Positions 17,818-26,438 of a DNA stretch of 64,000 bases are shown here, piece by piece; position 1 is the first letter of the stretch; each line of letters opens with the position of its first letter. Location: the NCBI RefSeq assembly GCF_017642335.1, contig NZ_JAGCPF010000038.1; one strand, written 5' to 3'. A model generated the notes under the pieces. It was given only the letters and a program-made list of their open reading frames with translations. It did no database searches and had not been told where the DNA came from. A program made the translations under genes and the position numbers. The DNA is from Fibrobacter sp. GTDB taxonomy: Bacteria; Fibrobacterota; Fibrobacteria; Fibrobacterales; Fibrobacteraceae.

Positions 17818-18816
17818 CTACACCTTAAATCCGGCGTCCATCATGCACTTCTGAGCGAAGCAGTTCGCTTCGTCTTCCTTTTCGGGATAGTTGTGCGTGA
17901 TTTCGATGTTTTGCAAACAAATACCCTTCTTGCCGTGGTAGAGCACGTGCGCTAGTTCATGGAAGAATGTATACCACATCGTTTCGCGCTTCTTGAAGCG
18001 GTCGTGCAATTGGATTAGCGGGACATCCTTGTACCAGCGGTACATGCCGTAAACAGGGGCACTCTTGAAGTTCTGAACGAAAAGTACGCGGATTCCGATT
18101 TTGCGGCAGATTTCTTGCAGGCCGGTCATGCAGTCGTCGACCACCTCCGGCTCGGGAGTCCAATAGGTGATTTTCTTTTCTCGTTTCGGCAGCGTCTTGT
18201 TTGCTGCGGCAAAAGCGATAATTTCGGGGAGGGCCGCCTTCAGTCGCTTGCGGACGGGAATCTGCTCCTGTTTTTCCATCGGGTCGCGGTCCGAGAGAAT
18301 CTCGCCACGGCGAATCCACGCCGAAGTCGCATAAGGGTCCTTGACCTCGGCCAGCGAAATGCTGAATGCCACCTTCAGCCGGGCATTCTTATAGTAGCCG
18401 TCCCACGCCTTCGGAGACGCCACGGCAAAGAATTTCAGCAAGGGCATTAAAGATTTGCTTTCGTCTTTTTTTTCTTGTACCCATTCACGAACGTTAACTT
18501 CGTCAGGGAAGGACTTTTTCCAAAGGGACTGATCCGTCAGCGAGGCCTTGATTCTCTCGCGAGAGAGAAATTCGTCATAAGCAATCTGGCTGCGCAGCCA
18601 AAATGATGCCGGAATTTCCGTAACCATTTCTAAAGCAATAGCAACATCCGGCGTAATGCGGCAATTGCCCTGCAAAATATCATTTACCGCCTTGGGCGTG
18701 TAACCCATGCGCGCGGCCAAGTCGTTCGCGTCAAGGCCCATTTCTTCAAGTTTTTCGGCAAGATGCCGCCCAGGTGGCGTCACCACAGCCAATTCATCAC
18801 ATCTGTACACCTGCAT
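17818..18816 (-). CDS. higA: HigA-like antitoxin (HTH + ImmA/IrrE-type metallopeptidase domain)
   Basis: PPGRHLAE...LAARMG...ITPDVAIALE HTH; FFHELAHV HExxH. Confidence 0.8.
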   Translation of the reverse strand: MQVYRCDELAVVTPPGRHLAEKLEEMGLDANDLAARMGYTPKAVNDILQGNCRITPDVAIALEMVTEIPASFWLRSQIAYDEFLSRERIKASLTDQSLWKKSFPDEVNVREWVQEKKDESKSLMPLLKFFAVASPKAWDGYYKNARLKVAFSISLAEVKDPYATSAWIRRGEILSDRDPMEKQEQIPVRKRLKAALPEIIAFAAANKTLPKREKKITYWTPEPEVVDDCMTGLQEICRKIGIRVLFVQNFKSAPVYGMYRWYKDVPLIQLHDRFKKRETMWYTFFHELAHVLYHGKKGICLQNIEITHNYPEKEDEANCFAQKCMMDAGFKV

Positions 18817-18824
18817 AAACGCTC

Positions 18825-18885
18825 CTACTCGTGATAATCTACAATTTCTAGAATCGAAACGGTTTGATTTATAATTTTAATGCAC
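18825..18885 (-). pseudogene. 3' remnant of a HigB/RelE-like toxin
   Basis: Reads ...IKIINQTVSILEIVDYHE* directly upstream of higA, with an in-frame stop just upstream and no start. Confidence 0.6.
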
Positions 18886-19028
18886 TTATAATATATATTA
18901 AAATTTTAATAAAAGCGATTGGTATATTATTTTTTATAAAGAAATTAATAAAAAAATGATGGAGAAAACGATGGAGAAGATGATGGAGAAAAAAACTTAC
19001 ACGTTCAACTATTGATTGAGTAATTCAA

Positions 19029-20318
19029 TCATTTCTCAAGCAGTTCTCGCGAAATTTCTTCACGGTGGTTCTTGCGAACGCCACAGTCTTTCGCGATTTC
19101 GTCCCAGTTTGCAACGGCATTCTCGACCTGGTCAATGATTCCCGCATACTTGCGGATTCCGATGCGTTCCGCTACCGCCTTGAGATCGTCGCGCGTGATA
19201 TTTTCCTGTTTCATGTTCACGGACATCTGGTGGCGATTTACCCAGCGGCTCCTTGGGTTGTTGGCATAGCACAGGTCGTATGCGGGTGCCAATTTCCAGG
19301 TTCCGTATTCGTCCATCAGGAAAGATATGTTCTTGGTGTGGTCGTCATTGTTCTTTGCCAAAACGTTGAAAACCATGTAGCGGAACACTTCCTCGTCGGC
19401 CTTGGCGTCGAGCCCGAGTTTGCGCATAGCGGCAAAAGCGTCCTCGTAGGAATGGCGAGCGTCACGGTCCAGGTGAGTCAAGGCGGCAAGCGTCTGCATG
19501 TGCAGTTTGGAACCTTCGTCCGTGCGGTCGAAACGTCTGGTCATAAAGTGGCAACCGCTGCGATCTTCTAGAATGCGGCTTTCGCTCATGCGGATTCCGG
19601 CCCGTAGCGCCATCTTGTAGTACGCGTATTCGACGTTCCCTATCCCGCGAGGAATTTCGGTGATGCTGTCGTGTTCGCGGTAGCTTACGCCGTCGAACTT
19701 GAGCAGCCAATAGCCGAACCCTTTTGGCGCAGGAACCTGGCCACTGCGCACTTCGCCCGTAGATTCGTTGTACGCAATAATCGCCTTTGGCTTTGCTCCT
19801 CCGGCAGAAGTGCCGACTCGCAGGATGTCGTACAAAGTCTTGTCCTGCTGCACAAGTTTTTCCCTAAATTTTTTGCGGTCCCGAAAAACGCTCTCAGCCA
19901 GCTTTACGAGATCATCCACAAGTATTTCCGTGGATTCGTCAAGCCCTGGTGTCGGCAAGCTGGGCTCAAACTCCAAGGCGCCCATAGAACGCTTGCCGAC
20001 ATAGCACAGGCGTTCCAGCGGTGTCACCGTCTCTAGCGGACGGCCCATGGTCTGGAACCATTCCGAAATAATCTGGTCGCCGAACCTATCCGGGAGCGAA
20101 TCCGCAATGAGCCCGGGGAGCCCGCGAAAGCAGTCATTCCTGTTCTCGGCAAAAGAGAAAACGCCCTTCGTCACGGGCATCTTTATAGGGGATACCGGCA
20201 ACGGATTGCGGACAAAGGCTGGCTCGTATTCGAAATAGGCGATACCCCGCGACGCATCCCACGAAAGCGCACCGACAGGCGACCCCCACAAGTGCACGTT
20301 TACGACAAGTTCGCTCAT
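19029..20318 (-). CDS. hipA: HipA family kinase toxin
   Basis: HipA N-terminal coupling region, GTSAGGAKPK, NNDDHTKNISF, LAPAYD. Confidence 0.9.
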   Translation of the reverse strand: MSELVVNVHLWGSPVGALSWDASRGIAYFEYEPAFVRNPLPVSPIKMPVTKGVFSFAENRNDCFRGLPGLIADSLPDRFGDQIISEWFQTMGRPLETVTPLERLCYVGKRSMGALEFEPSLPTPGLDESTEILVDDLVKLAESVFRDRKKFREKLVQQDKTLYDILRVGTSAGGAKPKAIIAYNESTGEVRSGQVPAPKGFGYWLLKFDGVSYREHDSITEIPRGIGNVEYAYYKMALRAGIRMSESRILEDRSGCHFMTRRFDRTDEGSKLHMQTLAALTHLDRDARHSYEDAFAAMRKLGLDAKADEEVFRYMVFNVLAKNNDDHTKNISFLMDEYGTWKLAPAYDLCYANNPRSRWVNRHQMSVNMKQENITRDDLKAVAERIGIRKYAGIIDQVENAVANWDEIAKDCGVRKNHREEISRELLEK

Positions 20319-20620
20319 TTGGCCTTGCTCCGTTTGATACGCTGGATCTTGCCGTCCTGCAACCTGCGCAACAGAAGTGGGCTCACGGGAGGTTCCGGCA
20401 GGAACTGCTCTAGATTTTCGAGCAAGCCAAGAGAACGCAGCACGCTCAATAGGATTTGTACAGACACGGCACCCCCGCGTTCCATCTTGGCAATTGTGCC
20501 GACGCCAACACCGGCGGACTCCGCCAGTTCAGATTGCATCAAGCCCTTCCGCAGACGGTATTCCTTGAGTCTTGCTCCCATTTCCTTCAAAATAGAGGGT
20601 GTCGTCATTTCGTTCCACAT
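20315..20620 (-). CDS. HipB-like XRE/HTH antitoxin
   Basis: RLKEYRLRKGLMQSELAESAGVGVGTIAKMERG; overlaps the hipA start. Confidence 0.8.
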   Translation of the reverse strand: MWNEMTTPSILKEMGARLKEYRLRKGLMQSELAESAGVGVGTIAKMERGGAVSVQILLSVLRSLGLLENLEQFLPEPPVSPLLLRRLQDGKIQRIKRSKAK

Positions 20621-20785
20621 GATTATAAATATACACAATAATTATCACAAAAAGAATGATTATCGTAGAAAATGGCGATAAAAATGCTTTTTGTGATAGT
20701 TATAAACGTAATAAAAAGAGCCGGTGATGTATATTCACCGGCTCTGTTTGGTATGATAAATTTTCGGAGATGCTAATTGAATCAA

Positions 20786-22306
20786 TTAACCTATTTTTTC
20801 AATGTCAAAAATTAGATGAATTTTATCGTTCGCGGTTGACATGCCGAGGTATTCTCTAATGTTGCGATCTCCTCTGAAAACTGTTTTCTTGAAATCTTTT
20901 GTTAGAGATTTGCTGTATCCCCATCCGTTGTCCATGTCAAGGGAATACTTGAAAGAACTGATCTTGTCGGCTTGATTGTGTAAGTCAAAATCCCATATGT
21001 CAATTTCTACATCAATTTTGCTTTGGGCGTTGAGGATGTCGGAAAGGTAGAATACATTCCTACCGGGAATGTGAAGTGCGTTAATGCTGTTTCCTTCGTA
21101 AATGATGTCAAATTCCTTGCCCCCGTGTTTTCTTACGCTTGGTTTTGGCCAGCGATCCGCATCGACGATGGTTTTGCCATCTTGCTTTATGGTTATCGTG
21201 AGGAATAATTCGGCATCTATATTCTTTTTGCCGTCGTTGATTTTGCGTGCTTGTGCGACGTGCTTTAGGATAAATTTAATCTTAGAATATCCTTCTGCGG
21301 AACCATCTTTATTTTCTATGATAACGCCGCCTTCGAATTCCTGATAGGTAATGCCGGACGGTGATTCGCTTATGGGACCAATAGGTTTCTTGTAAACGCT
21401 ATTAACTCCGCCTTTGCTTATGTAGTATTTGTAGATGGCGTCGTCACGTGCGCTTAGTGGTTCGTCTCCGAAAACCGGAGCAGTGTCGTTTTCTGGATAA
21501 CATGCGTCGTCTTGATCATAATCTACGAGTCGCCCGTTCTCGCTTGTAGTTATTACTTCATGTCTTGAGTAGGCTACCAGATCTGGGAGGGATACAAGAT
21601 TGTCGCCGTTGGTATCTGCGGCACGATTCTGATTGCAGTTGTTTTCCCAGTCCCACCCGCAGCCTTTAGCCCAATGCTTCGTGAATCTATTGCCGGTTGA
21701 ATTACCCCATGCACTTTCGGCTGCTTGACAAGCTGTGATTACTTTGAAGTCGTCATCTCGTAGGGCGCCTTTCTTAGCTGTTGCGGCTCTTTTAGCTGTT
21801 GCTGCTCTTGCGCGAGGCTTGAATGCGGAAATGATGGATCGATTGAACGCCTTTAGATCGTCTCTGGTAGTGTTGATTTTTTTTCTGAGAGTACTTCTTG
21901 GAGTGATGCTTGCTCCAGAATGGCAGGACTCGATAAGTAGTACTTTGATTCCTGGTATTTCGTCCAAAATATCTCGCAAGTCTACAAAAGAAAGAAAGCC
22001 AGTCTCTTCGCCATTCATGTATAGCCACAGACCATCTGTTGATCCATGACAGTTGATGTAAATATAACTGTATGTTGCATCAGTTGCGTCTTTAAATGTT
22101 TCTTCGATGGTGCTTTTGAGCACGTCTAGAGTTGCGTTATGAATGCTGGTCGGCGTGATGCAGTTCCGTTTAAACATGTTCTCCATGATTCTTCTGTTCG
22201 CTGCACGACGAGTGTGCTCTCTTGTTAAAGTATCAATTCTTTCTTGATTGCTTTTTGCTGAAGAGATTTCGTCAGAAGCCGTGATGATTAAGCCTTTGTT
22301 GTTCAT
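20786..22306 (-). CDS. Caspase-like (peptidase C14 clan CD) protein with an LGFP-like repeat and C-terminal beta domain
   Basis: INCHG and IESCHSG catalytic-like motifs, VITAC; DTNGDNLVS EF-hand-like loop; QEFEGGVI LGFP-like segment. Confidence 0.6.
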   Translation of the reverse strand: MNNKGLIITASDEISSAKSNQERIDTLTREHTRRAANRRIMENMFKRNCITPTSIHNATLDVLKSTIEETFKDATDATYSYIYINCHGSTDGLWLYMNGEETGFLSFVDLRDILDEIPGIKVLLIESCHSGASITPRSTLRKKINTTRDDLKAFNRSIISAFKPRARAATAKRAATAKKGALRDDDFKVITACQAAESAWGNSTGNRFTKHWAKGCGWDWENNCNQNRAADTNGDNLVSLPDLVAYSRHEVITTSENGRLVDYDQDDACYPENDTAPVFGDEPLSARDDAIYKYYISKGGVNSVYKKPIGPISESPSGITYQEFEGGVIIENKDGSAEGYSKIKFILKHVAQARKINDGKKNIDAELFLTITIKQDGKTIVDADRWPKPSVRKHGGKEFDIIYEGNSINALHIPGRNVFYLSDILNAQSKIDVEIDIWDFDLHNQADKISSFKYSLDMDNGWGYSKSLTKDFKKTVFRGDRNIREYLGMSTANDKIHLIFDIEKIG

Positions 22307-22594
22307 AAAATGATGGATTCCTTCTTAGGTGAGTCTGTTTGTATTAAATAAATTATTTTAAATAACTTATTTTTATATTATATAACTTATTTTTATTTGT
22401 TGCGAAATGGATTGTATGAAAAAAAAATAATACAAAGAAAATGCTTTTGTTTTGAACAAAAGAGCGTATACAAACAAATTTATGTAAATTAAAAATTTTC
22501 TAAAAAACGCCAATAGTGCGCGATTTTCAATCGTAAATCAATAAACCCCTCTATTTCGAGGGGTTTAACCCAAAAAGGGTCGAATTCGCCCCCT

Positions 22595-23905
22595 TTAAAG
22601 GAACATCACAAAGTATATCGGCAAATATAAGACAGAGCCTTTTTGCAACACTTTGGAATTATTGGACAGCACAATCCCTTTTGCGTTTTCGTTCGCTTTG
22701 AGCAAGTTGTCGATAGCGCTATGAATCCTATAATCCCTGCCGGACTTTACCTCTATCGGGACAACGGATAACGAATCAAAGTCGTCTATCAAGAAGTCCA
22801 CTTCGCCCTTATGCCGATTATCGTAATAAAAAAGCTTCTTCCCGTGTGCCTTCAGTTCCTGCGCAACGACGGTTTCATAAACCGCCCCAAGATTAATGCT
22901 GGGAACATCGTCCAGCACCGCAGAAATATTCGGGCCATACAACACGCCAGTAAGGATGCCGACGTCATTAAGATACAGTTTCAACAGGTTCTTGGTCGAA
23001 GACTCGATCAAGGGAAACTTGACATCCGTTATTGCAGAAACTTCAAGCGCAACACCAGCATTCGTCAAGTACTCAAATTCATCCTGATAACTTGACAATC
23101 TGGCCGATTTCTTGGATTCTATTTTATTTGCGACAATCCTCTTTTTCTTGTTTTCCATCATCGATGGAATCATGTCGTAAATTTTCCGGATTTTTAATTT
23201 GTTCCGAGCATCATGCTTACTGGCGTCGATGGCGTAGAATTCCTTTATGTCGCTCTGTATCTTGCGGACCTTGACGATGTTTGATTCCTGGATGAACATG
23301 TTCACGGCATCGGGCATGCCGCCAACCAGCAGGTACTTTTTGAACATGTCCATCATCTTGGCATGCATCGATTCGTCAAGTCCCATTTTGCCGAGATACC
23401 TGTTCCTGATTCCCTGAATGGAGAATTCGTTGAATCCGTTCGCCCAAAGGAACTCCTCGAAATCCAGCGGATACATATGTTCCGTCTCAATGCTGCCAAT
23501 TGGAATGGAAGACGTCTTTGCCAGGGCGATGCCCAAACGCGAACTGCTGGCAATATACGTAAAGCGGTCGCCCTGTTTCAAGAATTTGAGCAAAGTCAGC
23601 AAGTGGGGATATTCCTGGATTTCATCAAGAAAGACCAGCGTGTCCTTGGCGTTCCCCATCTTGTTGCCTGCAAACATGCTCAAGCGCAAGTAGAAATCGT
23701 CAACATTCTTGACATCGGCAAACAAATGACTGCCGATCGAATCTTCCCAAAGGTTAACCTCGATATAGTTCTTGAAATGCTTTTGCCCCATATGGCGGAT
23801 AATGAAAGACTTGCCAATCTGCCGTGCGCCATCAATTAGCAGAATCTTGTTGGATCCCGCCGTGAAATACTCTTCCAAACGTTTTTGAATTTTTCGGTAT
23901 AGCAT
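22595..23905 (-). CDS. AAA_14 / DUF4143 ATP-binding protein
   Basis: GARQIGKS Walker A, FLDEIQ Walker B, EVDF...IEVKSG. Confidence 0.85.
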   Translation of the reverse strand: MLYRKIQKRLEEYFTAGSNKILLIDGARQIGKSFIIRHMGQKHFKNYIEVNLWEDSIGSHLFADVKNVDDFYLRLSMFAGNKMGNAKDTLVFLDEIQEYPHLLTLLKFLKQGDRFTYIASSSRLGIALAKTSSIPIGSIETEHMYPLDFEEFLWANGFNEFSIQGIRNRYLGKMGLDESMHAKMMDMFKKYLLVGGMPDAVNMFIQESNIVKVRKIQSDIKEFYAIDASKHDARNKLKIRKIYDMIPSMMENKKKRIVANKIESKKSARLSSYQDEFEYLTNAGVALEVSAITDVKFPLIESSTKNLLKLYLNDVGILTGVLYGPNISAVLDDVPSINLGAVYETVVAQELKAHGKKLFYYDNRHKGEVDFLIDDFDSLSVVPIEVKSGRDYRIHSAIDNLLKANENAKGIVLSNNSKVLQKGSVLYLPIYFVMFL

Positions 23906-24002
23906 TTTTCAATCACTTTTTATGCTAAAAATATACACTTTTCAATCACTTTTAGCAATACTTTTTGACACTTTTCAATAAAAGACTAAGTTCTTTATTT
24001 TG

Positions 24003-24102
24003 CGAAAAAACGCCAATAGTGCGCGATATTTCAAAAAAAATGAGCGAATTCTCAAGGAATTTCACCTTTTTACACCGCGACTTTGAACACGATGCCGCCC
24101 GT
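24003..24102. repeat. Copy 2 of the brnA-3'/promoter repeat (other copies at 22505-22530 and 25432-25590)
   Basis: ccaatagtgcgc...ggaatttcacctttttacaccgcgactttgaacacgatgccgcccgt is near-identical to 25432-25524. Confidence 0.9.
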
Positions 24103-24127
24103 AATGTCAATTTTAAGGGACTTCAAT

Positions 24128-25315
24128 CTACAGTTCGTTCATTGCCACTAGATTTCTAAACTGAATGTGTCGAACCGTGCTGGTGGAATAGTCGATTTCG
24201 TCGTTTGATATGACAATCTTTTGGATGGAATTGTCGAACCTGTTGAACGCCCCAAACTCCCGTTCATAAGCCTTCTCCTCGGCAACGGAATACGCCGCTT
24301 GGATATAAAAGGTTTTGCCGCCCTTGTTGGCTATAAAATCAATTTCGTGTTTGCCATCGTTAAAAACTTGAACATCGTACCCCATATAAACAAGCTCATT
24401 ATAGACAACATTCTCAAAATTATGAGTCAAGTCAAAGCGGTTATTGTATGCACGAATCGAGTTGAACGAAACATCCTCATTGTACATCTTGTAGTAGTAA
24501 CTCAACTCCCGTTTTGCCTTGGTAGAAAACAGCCTAACCGGTTGAACAACATAGGCTTCTTCCAAGTAACCGAGATACTTTATGATAGTAGTGACAGTGC
24601 ACTTAAACGAGTTCGTTTTCATATAGTCAGCAACAGAGCGTGCCGAAAAAATACGGGCGTTCGACACTAGCACATAATTTACCAACCTAGTAAAAATTTC
24701 AGTCCGTCTGATCTTGTAGCGGGAAATGATATCGTTGAGGACTATGGTATCGTTAATTTCGTTCAAATATTTCTTTTGGCTTTCTATGTCGCCATACTCA
24801 ACACGTTTCGGAAAACCTCCCCATATGATGTAATCCGTCAGGTTCATCGACCTGCCCAACTGCGTCGCATATTCAAGCAGTTCCCTATACACAAAAGGGC
24901 GAACCCTGAACGACACATACCGTCCGGACAGTTCCTTGGTAAATTCTCGCGACAAAAGTTTGGAATTGGACCCGCTGATGAATACGGAACAGTTGCGAAC
25001 GCGGAGTGTGCGACAAGCAGCGGCCCAATCTTCTACGCGCTGAACCTCATCTAGAAAAACATAGCACAGTTGGTCCTTGCCCGGCCGGTTTTTGTCAACG
25101 TACTCCAAGAGTTTCATTGCATTAGGCACAGTCGCCAACACTGCAGCATCTTCGAAATCCAATGAGACAACATTGCCTGAACGTTCCTTGATCTCTTTGT
25201 GTATATCAGCCAAAATGACCGACTTGCCACAGCGTCGGATTCCAGTAATCACCTTTATCAGGTCGGAATCGTAAAAAGCCCTTATGGGAGCAATGTAGCG
25301 TTCTCTGAATATCAT
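24128..25315 (-). CDS. AAA_14 / DUF4143 ATP-binding protein
   Basis: GIRRCGKS, FLDEVQ, SGSNSKLL, EIDFIA; start placed at MIFRERY. Confidence 0.85.
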   Translation of the reverse strand: MIFRERYIAPIRAFYDSDLIKVITGIRRCGKSVILADIHKEIKERSGNVVSLDFEDAAVLATVPNAMKLLEYVDKNRPGKDQLCYVFLDEVQRVEDWAAACRTLRVRNCSVFISGSNSKLLSREFTKELSGRYVSFRVRPFVYRELLEYATQLGRSMNLTDYIIWGGFPKRVEYGDIESQKKYLNEINDTIVLNDIISRYKIRRTEIFTRLVNYVLVSNARIFSARSVADYMKTNSFKCTVTTIIKYLGYLEEAYVVQPVRLFSTKAKRELSYYYKMYNEDVSFNSIRAYNNRFDLTHNFENVVYNELVYMGYDVQVFNDGKHEIDFIANKGGKTFYIQAAYSVAEEKAYEREFGAFNRFDNSIQKIVISNDEIDYSTSTVRHIQFRNLVAMNEL

Positions 25316-25333
25316 AAACACCTCGCTGCTCAA

Positions 25334-25416
25334 TTTCTACTAGACAATTTAATCATTTTTACAAAAATTGTCTAGTAGAAATAGACAATTTCATTTAATT
25401 TTATGAAATTGTCCAG
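25334..25416. promoter_or_regulatory. Inverted-repeat operator-like boxes upstream of the AAA ATPase
   Basis: tttctactagacaattt (25334-25350) / aaattgtctagtagaaa (25365-25381) perfect 17-bp IR, plus a second weaker pair. Confidence 0.5.
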
Positions 25417-25491
25417 TAAATTTGTGAAAAATCACCAATAGTGCGCAATATTTCTAAAAAAATGGGCGATTTTTCAAGGAATTTCACCTTT

Positions 25492-25587
25492 TTACACCGC
25501 GACTTTGAACACGATGCCGCCCGTCACGTAACGGTGGATGATAGAATTGATGAGCGTCTGGTAAGGCATGCCCGCGGCCTTCGCCAT
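25492..25587 (-). pseudogene. C-terminal remnant of a BrnA/CopG-like antitoxin
   Basis: MAKAAGMPYQTLINSIIHRYVTGGIVFKVAV*; in-frame stop 3 codons upstream. Confidence 0.65.
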
Positions 25588-25641
25588 TTTCAGTTAGTAA
25601 GGATTCCTTACATACCTTTTTCCGCAATTTGCTCCATATGG

Positions 25642-25672
25642 AGTGGTAGTTTCCATTTTGGAAACTACCACT
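25642..25672. terminator. Hairpin, candidate intrinsic terminator
   Basis: agtggtagtttcc / ggaaactaccact 13-bp stem followed by a T run. Confidence 0.55.
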
Positions 25673-25781
25673 TTTTCAAAAATATCAGCAAGCGATATTG
25701 CCTAAGACTTGTGAGTTCTGGGGCGCTCAGCCACGACCAGAACGAGCCGGATTCCTAAAATAGGGATAAAGGGACATCCCA

Positions 25782-26438
25782 TTACTTTCTATTTTTTTCT
25801 TTGACTTGCCGGTCTATGGACTTTACGAATGCGAGAGCCTTCTCAATATAGTCCTTCACATCCTGCTCTTTAATCGGAATCTTTTCTGCTGAATTCGGCC
25901 GACGGTCAGACTGATGCGCAATCTGGTTCCTGCGACGGTAAAGCCCATCGATAAATGATTTCTGTTTAGAATCGGCTTTGAGTCCAACTATTCCCAAATT
26001 CATCTGCATATGCTCAAATCCGAGAAAACAATTTTCCCGGTTCACCGAGTCGATCTCTTCACCAAGCAACGATTCTGCATTTTCGGGGGTTCTGTATAAT
26101 TTTAGCATTACTGGGAATGAAACCTTAAACTTCTTGCTCTTATCCGTCTCAGGCCACTCCCCATTGAAAATCTTCAGAAGACCATATTTTACCAGTTCAT
26201 GAATGTAAAAATCCAAAGCGCTTTCGAGAAAGACAACCTGGCTGCGCCATATCTCTTCTGCAGACCGAAGATCGGCCTTGAGTTCATTCTGCGCAAGACC
26301 AAATTTGTCCTTCACGTCCTTCAAATTTTCATCGAAATGCTTCCGAACATCGCTTATCGTTATTGGCGAGCGAATCGAGTTTTTAGGACGGACATTTTCA
26401 ATCCGGGAAGTTTCGTCAACAAAACGTCTCATTATCAC
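25782..26438 (-). CDS. HEPN-domain protein (putative RNase)
   Basis: RRNQIAH Rx4H motif near the C-terminus; FLESALDFYIHE helix; coupled to the upstream ATPase. Confidence 0.7.
   Translation of the reverse strand: MIMRRFVDETSRIENVRPKNSIRSPITISDVRKHFDENLKDVKDKFGLAQNELKADLRSAEEIWRSQVVFLESALDFYIHELVKYGLLKIFNGEWPETDKSKKFKVSFPVMLKLYRTPENAESLLGEEIDSVNRENCFLGFEHMQMNLGIVGLKADSKQKSFIDGLYRRRNQIAHQSDRRPNSAEKIPIKEQDVKDYIEKALAFVKSIDRQVKEKNRK

Noticed and set aside
18955-18992. gatggagaa x3 micro-repeat; also an ataacttatttttat duplication at about 22365-22400
   Set aside because: Short low-complexity intergenic repeats with no evident link to a promoter or reading frame; no support for phase variation
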